From Podarcis vaucheri (Eukaryota), in the NCBI GenBank assembly GCA_965113315.1, contig OZ220364.1: 64,000 bases of DNA. The stretch is one strand, 5' to 3'. The notes beneath the pieces were generated by a model. That model saw nothing but the letters and a program-made list of their open reading frames with translations. It did no database searches and was not told the DNA's origin. Made by a program: the position numbers and the translations under genes. Positions within the stretch are counted from its first letter, which is position 1. Every line of letters begins with the position of its first letter. Shown piece after piece: positions 38,623 to 53,600 of the stretch.

Positions 38623-41600
38623 GAGCGCCTGTATGATATAGTTGACTGGAGTACACAACTACCTAGAAGTATGGTTGTTGTCCTTCAACAAGTTGTGTAA
38701 ATGGGATTATTCCACAAGATTGTACTGCAACATATCTAACCACAGATCATCTGGATAAGCCACAGAGGCACTATGCAATTTTTGGTTTGCAGGGTACTCA
38801 AATATCAGTGTAATTTATATTTGTGATTCTTACCTGTTGGCACCCATGTGTGTAAAATTTGGCCAACATGTTTAGTAATCTAACTCCTTAACAGTTAAGA
38901 GTTCTTAGTACCACCAAGAGAAATGTCATTCAGGTATCAGGTACAGCACAGTTTTTCTCAAAACATAGAAGTTCAGTTTTTCAAGAAAACTTGCTAAGTT
39001 AAGACTAGTTGGGAAAATAAAACAAGAGATGTGAGTGACAAAATTGGTACAAATCTGAGCAACATTCATTAGCTATCCAGCGCAAGAAGAAATTTCATTC
39101 CTAAGAGCTTCAATTACCTGCGTATCTGTAAACAGAAAGGTAATGGATAAGTTTTGCAGACCAGCCTTCAGCATGATCTTTTTGAGGTCTTCTCTCCAGT
39201 CAGATATCCCATAGTTCTTGGAAAGTTCTATTTGAAAACATTCATAATCAGCTCTAAAAAGAAAATGATTATAATCAGGGCATGGGCTACAATATGCTAA
39301 TACATATACAAGGGAGAAAGGCACAGAAAGAACTGTTGGTTGCTAACTGAGTGGTAGTTCTGTATCACTGGCAGAAGGTAATCTGTGAGAGTTACGGGGC
39401 CACCTTGTGGTCAAAGGCAGGAAAAAGAATTTGAGGGAAATAGGCAGCTTGCAGAATCCAGTTTGCATCCTTGCCATACTCAAACAGGTCAGTTGACCAA
39501 GACACAAAAACACAAAGAGAGAAAACAAACATCTACTTCTCTAACAATTGTTGTAACCTACCCTGGAGCTTTAGGGTGAAGGGCAACTAACAAATTAAAA
39601 CAACAACGACAGTGACCCTAAGAGACTAAGAATCTAACAATTTTTACAACAGAACTAGAAAAAACTACTTAACCAAAGCAGCTGAGAAACTAGGGTGAGT
39701 CTGATGACCTTCAACCAGTGAAACCATTCCTACCATTCGGGTAGAACATAACAGCTTTTTCTCATGTTGATGGAGAAGGTAATTAGTGAGGGGCATACCG
39801 AAGCTTCTCTAAGCATTTATATTTTAATTTTTGTAAGCTGAGACCCAGATATGAAAAGCAGGGTATAACTCTTAATAAATAATAATATTCTTCTTCTTTG
39901 GCAATCACTTGTAGTTGAGTAAGAATAAGAATATAGGGCCTATGTGGCGGAAGTCTAATGCATATTGGCAGAATCTGAGCAATTCCCTTCCCATTTTGAG
40001 AGGCAATGGTTACACAGATTAGGCCTGTGTCCATTAGGCTCTATGTGCATAGGCCCAAAGACCATATTCCAATGTTATAAAGTGGATGCGAGGTGGACCT
40101 GGAGGCATTCGCGTACATTGGGTGGGAAGGCAAGGAAAATCCCAGTTTCTTCACTATGGTCACTTTCTGTACAGCTGGAAAATGATGTGAACAGTGTCAA
40201 GCTTTCTTCACATGATGTGAGCAAACTGAACTCAGAAGCAGAAATGAAGAACATGACTCCGAAAAAAAACCCAAACCAAAACTCATTGCTTTCTGATCAT
40301 TCTGTCACTATCTACTGGCTCAGAAACCTTTAATATCATTCATATCTTACATGTGAGATGCTAATTTGGTGAGAGATTGCCTTCCACTGCCACCAACACC
40401 CAAGAGAAGAGCATTGCCCAGTGCCTGCCGCAGAATACGGGTGATTCGGCAAATATGTTGCATAGCGTCCATGAAAAGAACTAGCTTCATCTTGGTAGTA
40501 TTGATCTGGTTGTATTCCTCCATGTACTCCTCAATCACGTGCATAAGCTATAGTCAAAAAGAGAGGGAGAAGAATAGGAGCAGAAACTAAGCAGGCCTCT
40601 CTGAGGAGGCCATCAATGGACCATCCACCTCTATGCCCATCAGATCCTGTCAATAAGGGAAGACAGGGGTGAAAAAAATACCGTCTTAGAAAGCCTACTC
40701 AGTGAAAATGAAAATAGATGATCTAGGATGTACACCCCTCAAAAAAGAGGAGCAAGCAGCCTTTCTTTAATTCCCCAACCAAAATCTTTCACAGATAAAG
40801 TTAACCATTTAAATAATGTTCACTGTAAATCACAGCCAAGTTCAATAGGATTAGAGCAACACACTTGCAATGATTTCAGAGTATCAATTTGAGTTTAGCT
40901 ATTGTTTAGCTATTGAGTTTAGCATGGACATGGTTTAGTTATCTAATCCCTCATCCACATTTTATCTATCTGGGCAATGGGTGTGATGAACATCTGCCTA
41001 CCTAAGAGGCTGGATTAATTATCTATAATTCACTTAGTGATCATGAAAGAAGACATACTGTTATTATTATCCTTGACTACATGGCAGTGAATGCAAAGTA
41101 CACTGCTCCTTATTAAAATCGTTATATTTTTACCCTTTGCTTAATTAACATTTTCTCAGTATGCACAATATCCTTCCAGTTGGGAGTTCTACAGGAAGGA
41201 TAATTACCTGCAAAGGTCACCTGTACAGATTTTAATGGCATCCGCTGCAGTACTATGAACATTAAACTTGTTCCTCTTCCTAGTTTATTGCATTTTCCAA
41301 GCCTAAGTACTGTGCTAAAGTCATCTGCATAGCAGATTCCCAACTGTTCTTTATTACTTGCCTGAACACAGGGGGCAGTCAGAGGAAACAGCATTATCTA
41401 GGTCTGTTCTATCCTCTTCCATCCATGTTCATCTATCATTCTCAGCATGCTTCTAGTGCTCAGTCTATCCTTGTACAACCTTGTTGTTGTTTCTTTCCTC
41501 TGAAAATCATAATCACTTCTAGTATAGGCTTGCCATGCATAAAGTATATTCTAGAAACTCAACTCTGGACACCCAATGCTTTTATTAACTGCACCCATAT

Positions 41601-44600
41601 TATATGTTGTGCACAAAGGAATGAAAGATGGAAGAAGTACAAAAATGGAGAAGCATCTTATGAATCCTACCTTCTCTCTTTCGGCAATTAATTCATAAAG
41701 CTTCACATCAGAACCTGGGTTCATGAAATCCCCATAGAGAAGGGGCTCATAAGGAACAACTTCCTTAAAGGTGGTATCCCATTCAGACATCACGCTCTTC
41801 ATCAAGTCATCAAACCAAGTTCGGTCCTCCTCATTAACCAGACGGTCACGAAACACACGGCAACTCTCATGATACCACAGCCTCAGCAGGTCCTCTTTAT
41901 TCTGGCAAATAATTCCAGTGACAACCTTAAACAACCTTTCGTTATTACTCACACAACCCCAAAGAATGTTATTTCTTGTTCCATGTTGATTCTTCCCCCT
42001 AAGACACTGACCTTACGGTGTGAAAAACAACCCTTTCCCAACCAGATTTATAAGAAAATGTTTCTAAACTACCAGAGCAAATCTAAACCCCAGATCTGCT
42101 GATTGGAGGGGTTTAGAGGACAATGGGTCTCTCCCCATAACACAGACCAGTTTTGCTATCAGAGGATATGCCGCCATGGAGACCCCTCCTACGTCTTCAA
42201 AAAGCTCTGTGGGTTTAGCTCTGCTGCTGGTAGAGTTTCTGCTACAATTAGTCAGTGTTGGGCTTTGAAATGGAGAGTTCTGGTGCACAGAAGGGGTGGC
42301 CTTGGATCTGCGAGATCACAGCCCCCTCTGTTCTTCAGAGAGGCCCAAGAATTGGGTCCCTCTCCTATGCCAGTCTAGACCTGGTATAACTAATTCTCCT
42401 TCCACTGGAATCAAGGAGTGGATTTGTTTCTTTGTTTTTTTTAAAAATAAAGATCCACTCAAGGAAAGGGGGAAAAAGGAAAGTCTGCCACACATCTCCA
42501 CCCACACCCCACTTAGGATTGCACTGTAAGAATGGCTGGCCAAAACTTGAGGAAATTGGGAGCTGGAGTTCTGCGGATAAATCCATGCACTCAGATTTTA
42601 TTGCTAGATATATGAGGGACTCATGGACACCCAAGCTCGATTGTACTGGGTTTGTGGTAAAGCTCTACCATGGATACTGCAGAATAAAGTTCTCCTGAGG
42701 TAGGGGGACTATGAGTGAATGAAAGAGGTGTGATACACTTGGTGCTGCCAACAAGAGAGAAAAAAGCAACCCCAATATTTTGCCCCCGATCCCCACAATC
42801 AGGCCTAGATTGTGCCTTATCGCTTGCACTTAGTGCAGTAGTATGCAATGCACACAACAAAGGGATAACTATTCGGCGTGTAATTTTATCGAGAAATAAT
42901 ATGCAATTTCCAGCAACTTAAATTCCTGTCACAGAGCAGATATTGTGAAGGAAGCACTTACCATAATTTTGGCAGGTTCTGCCATGAGCATGCCCTGGAA
43001 AACCTTGGAGAGATCCCTCAAATTAAACGTATAGTGAGATTTTGCTGGAGTAGGCAACAGTTGGGATGTGATAGTGGAATACACTCGTATAGTTGCATCA
43101 ACAAGGGGTTCACTTAAGTCCTGCACCTGTGGGCATCCAGCTAAAAAACCCAAAAGATGGTCAGCATCGCAGTGGGGGCTTTTCAGGAAAGGAAGAACCA
43201 TCAGTGATCACATAGAAATAGGGCAGGCTAGCTTGAGACATAGTGAGATCACCGTAGCTGAAATAGATTTACCAATGACTTTATCTCACAGAAGATGTTC
43301 CCCATCCTCACAATCTATATTACTGCCTAATGTGCAGTTGTAGTACAACCACACAACTTATTAATTAAGACTTTTTATACTGCCTCCCACATCAGTCTCA
43401 AGGTGGCATACTAAAATTAAATTATAGTACAATTAAAATGCAGCTAGTAACTTAAGCAGGTAAAGGTAAAGGGATCCCTGACCATTTGGTCCAGTTGTGA
43501 CCGACTCTGGGGTTGCAGCGCTCATCTCGCTTTATTGGCCGAGGGAGCCGGCATACAGCTTCCGGGTCATGTGGCCAGCATGACTAAGCCGCTTCTGGAG
43601 AACCAGAGGAGCGTACGGAAACACTGTTTGCCTTCCCGCCGGAGTGGAACCTATTTATCTACTTGCACTTTGACGTGCTTTCAAACTGCTAGGTTGGCGG
43701 GAGCAGGGACCGAGCAACGGGAGCTCACCCTGTCGCGGGGATTCGAACCGCCGACCTTCTGATCGGCAAGTCCTAGGCTCTGTGGTTTAACCCACAGCGC
43801 CACCCACGTCCCTAACTTAAGCAGAGATAAACAGAATTCTAACAATGGCTTGTATAACATGGTTCATACAACATGGTAAACCAAACTCTGGCAGGTCCCC
43901 GGAAAGCAGCTCATAGCCACTTTTCTCCTCCCCAGCCCTTTTTTGCTCCCGTGCTGTGCTGAGTGAAGCAAATGTTTGGCTTAGTGTGCCATCTGAACTG
44001 GAACTCATGGTTAAGTTCTTTCCTCACTAAACATGAGGTTTGTTCTTGGAATGGTTGCAGTTGCAGTTTGCATACGAGCCAGACCTGGTCAAAGGCACTG
44101 CAGCCACCCAGGCTTCCAGTGACTGAGACATTTCCTGGAGTACCAGCAGACTGCGCACCTGCTCCTTTGTGGGGAATGGGACCCCACACAGGACAAGCAT
44201 ACTATCCAATTCCTGAATCTGGGAACCACCGACCCACAGGACTTCGCTCTTGTCAAGATTCAATTTCAGCTTAACCCCAGATTTGTTCTTGCACTATTAA
44301 GAATTCTGCATACATTATCCCCATATCAAAAACTCAAGTTTTCCAACTAGAGAAACTGGCACCTGCTGAGTGAGAATTGTTAAAACCAGATTAGGAAAAA
44401 TACAGAAGGGTCTGTGTCTATTATTATCTTACTTTGAGGTTATGTGTGGCTGCCTTTTCTCCATAATGTGGCTGCCAGGGAGCTATTTTGTGAGATATAT
44501 GCATGTATAATCAGTTGGGAGGCTGTAGCACAAACACATGGGTGCTGTCCACAAGTCACATGCTTCCTGCAGGGAACTCTGGTCCAACACTGGTGTACAG

Positions 44601-47600
44601 ACAGGACATGTGCCTGCAGCATAAAGTATGGAGCTCCCTTAGGTAAGTCAAAAATTGGCATACTTAAGTTTATTCATGTTATTGTGTTTGAAGAAATGGT
44701 CATCCATCTGCTGAAGCAAAGACCACTCTCCTGATGCTTTTGGTCCAAAATCTTCTATCATCACCATCAAGCAAATGACTTATTTCCCCAAGCCTTACAT
44801 AGACAATTGATTAACTAGTGCTCAGGTTACTTACGAACTGGCTCTCTGTAACATACTTCTCCTAGACGTCCAGCTAAAATAATCAAGAGAGAAAAATGGT
44901 GTCACATCCCACTATCAAACATTTCTCAGTCACATGGCATATGAGAGCTCTATAAAAAGGGGGGGAAATGTATTTCACAACTCACCCATCCAACTGTCTA
45001 GAATGGTGGAAAATATTTTCTTCTTGCTGCTATCCTCCAGTTCAGTGAAAGATAGATAGTTGAAATGGCGGGTGAGGCGTGGGCTGATTGCATTTCTTCC
45101 TCCACCCGGCGGTCCCATGGCACCAACAAAGTTAATATCTACTAATTTCTTAAAGGTACCTGACAAAACATTCCACAGAAAAATGAGAGAAGGTATGAAT
45201 GCCAAGACTCCAGTGGGGGGAAAGCTGTAAGTGCACCAGAGGCAGGTTACTTGAGAACTAGCCTGGCTGGCCTGGAAGAGAAAGTATTTGTGTAAAGAAT
45301 AATTAGGTAAATTAAGTAAAGAAAGTATGTCATACCAATTTGTTTCCTATCGTACCAGCCATTATGATCCATCCATTGCCGAAGAAGCTCAATAGGTGGC
45401 TGGGCACCATAGGTCTCTAGCGCGGGCATGTTCAGGTCATCAATGAAAAATATGAAGTATCTGCCAAGCGGAGGGCCAAAAACTCCCTTGCGCCTATACA
45501 GAACCAGACAAGAATAAAAACTACATCACAGTGGAACACATGATGAAAATACTGCAGTCAAGGTACAATTTGGAAAAAGGCTGCTGAAGAGACTATACAT
45601 TTAACATGATGAGCCTGTCGATTAGTTGGTGAATCCATGTATAATCCGTTAATGCTGACAGGAAAAGTATTAATCTCTCAAGTGTAGAATATGCTCCTCA
45701 GTGCTGATCTTGACTCTTGCATATCAAGATCAGCAAACAGGGACCTCTTGGTAGTTCCATCACCCTCAGATGTTTGTGGCGCTGGAGCCCAGGAAAGGGG
45801 GCATTGTTTATGGCAGCCCTAATTCCCTCCTGGCACCTACATTATTGATGCTTGCAATATATAATTTTAGGATTCACCCTATTCCTAGAACTGTAATTTT
45901 TTTAAAACTGTTGTTAATATTGGATTTTTTAATTACTGTAACCTGCCCAGGAACCTTATGGTGAAGGGTGGGCAAGACATTGTAACAGCAACAGCAATCA
46001 TAGCAAAAAGAAACTGTATGTATGTTGCTGTATGTATACCATGTATACACATACCTCCCCACTATGATTCAGTTGGTTAGAGCATAGTGCTGACAACACC
46101 AAGGCCACAGGTTCAATCCCTGTTTTGGACAGCTGCATATACCTGCATAGATGATCCTCAGGGTCCCTTCCAACTCTACAATTCTATGAATTATTTCCAT
46201 GAATACTACCTCCGCTATGAGAAGCAATGTGCATCTGAATGCCAGTTTCTAGGTACCACAGGTTTGGAGAGTGCTGTTGCACCCAGCTCCTACTTGAAGG
46301 CTTCCCATAGGCATATGGTTGGCCACCTTGATAAGAGGATGATGGACTAGATTGGCCTTTGCTCTGAGCCAGTGGGGCTTCTCATCTTGTGCTCTTATGA
46401 ACTTCTGCTAAAGGTCACTAGATAATCAATGCTGAATAACATAAGTAAAACACAGTATGGCCACAAATCTAAATAGATATGAATAAAACCTCCAAATTCA
46501 AGGGGCGACTCAGTGTGCAACCCAGTGTTTTCCATTCAGGGTATGTGATTGTTTACTAATGGTAATATCAAAATATCCAGTGACTCAGAAATAAGTAGGA
46601 ATCCCCAAGCCCAGAGCATTCAACCAGTGTTTATCCAATGCCTGTTTGCCCACTGAACTGACCCTACGGGAGTGTTGATCAGCCAGATGTTTCTGCTATT
46701 GCTCCCAGGATGGGGAAATAGCTATACTTCGATTTTAAATCATTTACATTTTAATGCTTAAATTTCTTTAGCAAATTTGGACAGGATTGCTAATAAATGC
46801 TAAAATAGCAAATAAAATAAATATGAACAAAGTGGTATATCAGCAGCAGAAATATTGCAACAAAGAATTTTGCCTTTTATCCAGTTTGCTGTCAATGAGA
46901 TCTTGAGTTTGGTTGGCTGAGGTTCGAGCAGAGAACATAAGAAAATGGCTGATAAATTCTAGTGGCAGGTTCTTCAGAAGCTCATCTGCTATTGTGAGGG
47001 TCTTTCCAGTTCCTGTGGGTCCAATACAAAGAATCTACAATTTGGAAGAGAGAAAAACTGTCACTATTGGGGGATGTGTGCAGACTGTAATACACCTTCA
47101 CAGACTCATTTGCCAATTAGTAGTGTTTTTGACAGTCCATTGTGACTCTATAGTGCTTTTAAAACTGTGTCTTTGAGATTCCTTTGTTTATTGCTGCAGT
47201 AGAACCATACTCATAAATTGCTGGGGGTTTCACTGAATGACTTAACAGCCTTTTTTTGTTCTGCAAATCGAAGCAGAACAAAATCAAATATACTAACTCA
47301 TATTTTAATAACATTCTTCTGCATAGTGATCATTGTAAAAAACAGCACTTTGTGGAAACTATGGACCCTAGGCTAAGCTGTTTAGAGGTCTGCATAAACG
47401 TTAAGTAGATTATACCAAAGGCATATTATGAAGAGCAGAGGCCCTAGACCAGGACCTTGTTGGCTGTTTAATAATCCAGCCTTAGTCAGAAAAACTAATA
47501 ATCAAAGTACAGGGCCATGTACAGATATTTTCTTCCACAAACTTTTTATAAGACTGCTTGAATAAAGCTGAATGGCATTTGAGAACCTCTTCTGTAGTAC

Positions 47601-50600
47601 TGTAGATCAAGCTAATAAATGAATGAATGAATGAATGAATGAATGAATGCAAAAGTGGAGGCAAATAAAGTCTACTGAGTAGCCATTTGGGGGGATATTT
47701 TGAGCAAAGTACTAATGCTGGCTTGACTGAGCAACAGAATACCTGCCTTTCTACAATGCTTTCTACTTAACTCCACTTGAAATTCAGGAAACTTACTGGT
47801 TTGTGGTTTGTGAGCAAGAGCTCCAGCAGAAAAGCCATCTGGACAGTGTTCATGGTGGGAACAATAATGTCACAAAAGCTGGTCTCAGGCACCATAGTAA
47901 ATGATGAAGAGAAATCCATCCAGTTCTCCCAGCACACCTAAGAGACACAGGTACATTTGAAGGGAAGGACAGATAGAGGCTTAAAACATCCTGTAATTAG
48001 TTTCTTAAATACATCCAAGCCAATACAGAAACTGAAAACAGGATTAAGTTTGCAAAGAACCTCAGCAGTAGAATCTTGGGGAAATTTACAGTGATGTTCC
48101 AGAGATTCCAGTAAGTCTACTTCCCTTTACCAGTCCAATCTTTACCATGACAAAGTCTCATTGAAACTACACCTGGGATGATCCCCTCCCCCAACCACCA
48201 TTTTCCTAAATGCCGAAAGAGAGTTAGGAACAGAGGCAGGCGAGGATTTCAATGCTGAGGGGTAGGAGTTGCTTAAAGGTGATTACTCTGGTGGCAATGG
48301 CACAAGGACTTTTCTCTTTACTTTAAAAATGATGCTCAGAATTATTTAATACTGTTTCACTGCTGTTACAATACAAAATGTGCAAGATTGTATTATATTT
48401 ATTCTGTTCTTGCATTAAAATTATGATTCTTTTGTACGGTGAAGTCAATGATTAAAACAAAACTTAATAATGTATCAATATTTAATAATGTTACTATGCT
48501 TGATGTGTATGCTGTGCTGTATGGTTATAAAATTAATAGAAATAAAAAAATAGAAATGATGCTAGTGTTGTGACAAGATGCATTTAGTGGGGGTGGGGGA
48601 GAGGACAAGAAAAAGAGTAGGTTACCCTTAAGCCCTTATCCCCCTCTAAATTACCTAAATCATTTTGCCAACCCTCCCCCCACAAACAGTCAGAATGTCC
48701 TCTCTCATTTGCCTCCTCCAAAAGAAGAAAGGGGCTGGGGAGGAAAAATAACACTAGCTCCATCCTTAGAACATGAGATTCTTAATCTCAGGGTTGTGGG
48801 TTTGAGCCCCATGTTGGGGCAAAATATTCCTGCATTGCAGGGGGGTGGAGTAGATGACCCTTGTGGTCCCTTCCAACTCTACAGTTCTATGATTCTATAG
48901 AGTGAGGAGGGCTGCAGGCCCAAGAAGGTTAGTCCTGGTCCTGCCAATGTCCTTGGTGGCCACACCCCTCCAACATCTGTACATTTGGCTACTGTGTACG
49001 TCTATGCATGCACTGATGTAACAGATAAAGCTCCCTCATTCAAGTGGGGGATGCCGACCGGGTCAAAGTTTAGCTCATGTGGCCCCTCCTGCATGTTTTC
49101 AAGGGGTGGGATATCTGAATCCCCCGATGAGAAATTCATTTACCATGTTAACAAACTCTTCATCTTCTTCTTCCTCAATGCTGCTAATTCCAGCATCGTT
49201 CAGTTTATAGTCATAGACCAAGCCATTTTCTGGGAACAATAATTCAATCTGTGGGAAGAAAACAGGCAGTGAACATCACCGCTAGCTTTACTTCAGAAGA
49301 GACTAATATAAAGAATGTAGCGTGTGGAAACAACTTCAGAGTGATTCCATCCTGTTTATTTAGGTAAAGTTGCTATATTTTCCTGTATCTCCCAAAATAA
49401 TGATTCAGAAGCAAGGCAGGCAGTGTTAATCTGTGAGACAGCAGAAACAAGGAACTCACACAAATTCTGGAAATACAGGAGCCCCATAGCTGCCTTTAGG
49501 AGCAGATGCCATTTCCATCAACTTGCCTTCTCGTCTGCCATCTTGTTCCTTAACCAAACACTGAAGGCCACTCGGCTTTGGGCATCCCCAGTCGCACCCA
49601 CACTCCAGAGCAAAGCAAATATGAACCACGGTTCAATCAGTTCGCCAATACGGGCTGTTTTCTCTGGAGGGATTCTTTTCATTCCCTGAAGATTCAATTA
49701 GCAGTACAAACGAAGCAGAACAAGTTAATTAGCGACAAAGTAAAACCTTAGATTATCTGCAAAATCTCTCTAAATTCCCTACATGTATTTTGGAGGCCTT
49801 TTCTGAAAGTAGCTCCAGTCTCTATGGACAAAGAAATCTATTGTAACCCAGTTGGTGCATGAAGTCCCTGATGAACAAATTCATTCCAACTGTCACAGCA
49901 TTAACCCCAAAGTGGTTTAGCATCTAAGTTTTAGTTATCAGACCCTATCAAAGAGATATTCACAAATGATAACGCAGTAAACAATATCAAAGCTTAAGTA
50001 CATTTCTGTCTGCTAATTCCTCTGTTTGTTATCAATAAATCTAGAACTTATTTCCACGTCCATCTGTTCAATTGGACCCAGTTGTCCATTCTACTTTAGC
50101 CTGGTAGGACCCTGAGCATCAACAGCTACACCAGCCCTACCTCAACGGGAATGAAGGGTTGAAAGAAACAGTCCAACAACTTGAGAAGACTCATTGTCAG
50201 GTTAGCATCTGTAGAGGCAATTATTTCCTTCACTGAACTTCGGACAAATCTGATAGAGTCCTGAAAGGGTTCAGAAGATCAAGAGTTAAATATTGTTGTT
50301 ATGCTTTTCCGGCCTTTTTTCCTCTGATGGGACTCAAGGCGGCTTACAAATAAAAACTAGAATCAATAAAAACACAGAAAACCAATAATTAAAACTCAGC
50401 GAAGTTGTGTGCACAGAATGAGGTCCATTCACACAATGGGACTCTCCTCCCCCAGAATGTTCCCTGCACCCCTAATTCTGCTCTGGAGGGTTGGGAGAAA
50501 ACCCACACAGGTTTACATGAAGACAGCGCTGAAAGTCTTATTGCACAAGTGGACATTTTTCCATGAACGTATATGCCCCACTTAGTTCTATACTGAATTT

Positions 50601-53600
50601 CTCCCATTCTGCAAGGGCACACTTGATATGGCAAGGCTGGGGATTCAAAACTATATGTACTTCTGAGGCAACACCATATAGGAAGGAAAAGCACCAGAGA
50701 AACTTTAGTTTGGCCATTGAGCGAATACTGTTATTAGTCTTAACCTGTTGATTGTTAATATGGAGGAAAAAGTGACCAGGAGACATGAAAATGAGCTAAC
50801 CAGCCAATGCCATTTTAACAAATCACTTCACAAAGTAATGAAAGCAAGAGCCACAAAAACCTAAAGTGAGAAAATGCCATTAAAAAAACAAATCACCATG
50901 AATACACAACTGTAAAATCTTAAAAGCAATCCGGTTGCTAAACTTGGAAGCAAAAGAGACAGGGTTCAATTCACAGAGAACTTTCCCACTGCAAGCCAAA
51001 TAACAATAAATTGGCATTTTGGAAGATTATAACTCTTGTACCGCACAGGTGAAGTTCCTGTCATCTAATAAACTGTGTTCACCAGCTGCCCCAAAACTAA
51101 TAAAAGCAAACTTGATAGGTTCATATCCCCTTGTTTGGCTAAAGGCTAGGCTGACTTACAGATTCTACACTGAATCAAAATATAGGAATATTGTAATGGT
51201 TCACCTCTAGGAATCTGCTGAAAAGCGAGTCAAGGGCTTCAGTGAATGGCTTCATAATGTCTGGGATTCTCTTCAGCCAGCACTCAGTGAAGGGCTGTAA
51301 TCCCAAAATGCTGGGTTCCAGGTATACCATGCCACACCGGGAAACAGTGGCAGGGGAAGCAACAGCTAAATCTTGCACTTCAAACATCATAGTCATTGCC
51401 TGGAAATGAGAGGAAAGGAGCAAAACTGTTTCCCACAGCTTTTCACAAAAGGTACATAGTGTGGAGAGGATCCTAAAACTCCAATCCTTCATTAAGTGGG
51501 ATTATGTATTAGTGAAATCACAGTGCTGGTCAGCTGTATCCAGCATAAATACTAGAATTGTGTTCCAAATACAGTGGTGCCTCGCAAGACGAAAAGAATC
51601 CATTCTGTGATTCTCTTCGTCTAGCGGTTTTTTCGTCTTGCGAAGCAAGCCCATTGACGGATTAGCGGATTAGCGCTATTAGCGGCTTATCTGCTGATCG
51701 GATCAGCTGATAAGCGGCTTAGTGGCTTAGAAGAAGGGGGGGGAACCCAGCAGGAACTCGCAAGACATTGTCGTCTTGCGAAGCAAGCCCATAGGAAATT
51801 CGTTTTGCGAAGCACCTCCAAAACAGAAAACTCTTTCGTCTAGTGAGTTTTCCGTCTTGCGAGGCATTCGTCTTGCGGGGCACCATTGTACAGTAATTTG
51901 GGCCTGCTAAAATCAAATGTCTACATTTCAACCAAATATTCCTCTTTCTCAGAGAAAAGCAGACTATACATTTACAAATGATTGTGTGTGTAGATACCAG
52001 GAAACGAAAAGGAGGAAAGAGAAAGATACCTCTGTTAGTTTAATGATTTCACCAGAGCTAAGACACAACTTCTTGTTATCATCCAGCACAGTGTTCATAT
52101 TTTCAATCCAAACAGCATCAACTGGACCATCAAACATGTACCATTTCTTTTTTTGATCAGTAGCTATGGCTCCCACTCGGATAAGAGCAGGAAGAATCCC
52201 ATCTGTCCTATGAGGTGGGGAGGAGATATACAGGAGTCAACCAAATAGTTGCACACTTCCATCTAGCAATGCCCAGTACAATTTATGACAGCATCACATC
52301 TGTGAACCCAAACTTCTCTCTCCACATCACATATGCAGGCTTCTGCTGTTTTGAAGATCAATAAAGCAGAATCTGCCTTTTTTTAAAAAAAGTTTCCTAT
52401 TTGATTATTTTGATCAGAGCAAATGAAGTGTCAATGCATGTAATTATTCATTGCCAGAAATGCAAAGGTATCAATTGCTTCTGGATGTAGCTCAAATGTT
52501 TTATCTCTGGAGGCAGTCCAACATTTTATCTCTATCAATCAATAATTGTTATCAGTGTAAAACTGCTATAATTATTGCTCATTTTTGTTTATCCATACAC
52601 TTAGTATATGCATGGTCTTCTTTTTACAAGATCAAAAGAAAATAAAACCCTCAGAGGCCCAGCTGGAAAGAACACTGAGCAAAAACAGTATTGTAAATAA
52701 GTCACCACACTTAACCGTAATATGCTATGGAAACAGGTTTCATAAATATGCACTTCAGCCCAAGTCTGCAGAACATTTACTTGGCATACACGCATACAGT
52801 ATTGATGTATGTACTTGACATAGCAAACAGAAAAACAGTATTATAGTGGAGTTTTTCCATGGGCTGTGTTTTTATGGCCATCTATATTACTTCACTCCTG
52901 AAGATGGATATGTGATTGTAGTGATCCATAGAACCAGTCTCCATCAGTTCATCTCTAAACCTTTTACCCAGAGTGTGGTGAGATGGCCAAGTTTAAGGGA
53001 AGGGAAGAAAAATCTCCTTAAATAGTTCTGCCTTCCTTGTGTAGAGGCCATCAGAATAAAAATAACAACTCCAATGATTAATGAATGAGAGGACACATTT
53101 GCAGGTGCGGATGCATGTTTAGTGTCCAGTTCTCATTAGCTTTTAATGCCTTGAATATCTCTTTCATGTTACTTACACAGGCTCATCAGCAAAAACCCAA
53201 CGTAGAAAGCTCAAAAAAAAGTGTATGAGCCAGCCAGTTATCCATTTAGTGTTATGGATTTTCTTAGGCCATAGAAAAGTACAATCAAAACATATGGGCA
53301 TTAGTTAAAGTTATGCCTAACAAAAGAGGAGCTTTCTTAAATTTCAGTTTATAGAGAGCTTATAATTCCTAAAAAAGGGACACGAGCAGACCAGAAGCCA
53401 TCTAGGACAGATAAGGACAGTTTTTATCTTTTACCATTCATGAGTCAACAAGTCAAACTCTCCATACAGCTGGCCCATTGTAATAGATTTGGGATTCAAT
53501 ATAAAATAATTGACGGCTTCATAGTTTCCACCACTGACTGAAGGCCGACCTTTCAAAGACGTCATTGCAGCTGCCAAAACTTTGTAACACTGAAGACAGA

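Noticed and set aside
39253-40352. Junction codon AT|A (Ile) where Met is recalled in human DNAH1
   Set aside because: Conservative substitution with frame preserved; not evidence of pseudogenisation
48753-48830. tRNA-Lys-like sequence
   Set aside because: Degenerate D arm and attached to a CR1-type tail: a SINE head, not a tRNA gene
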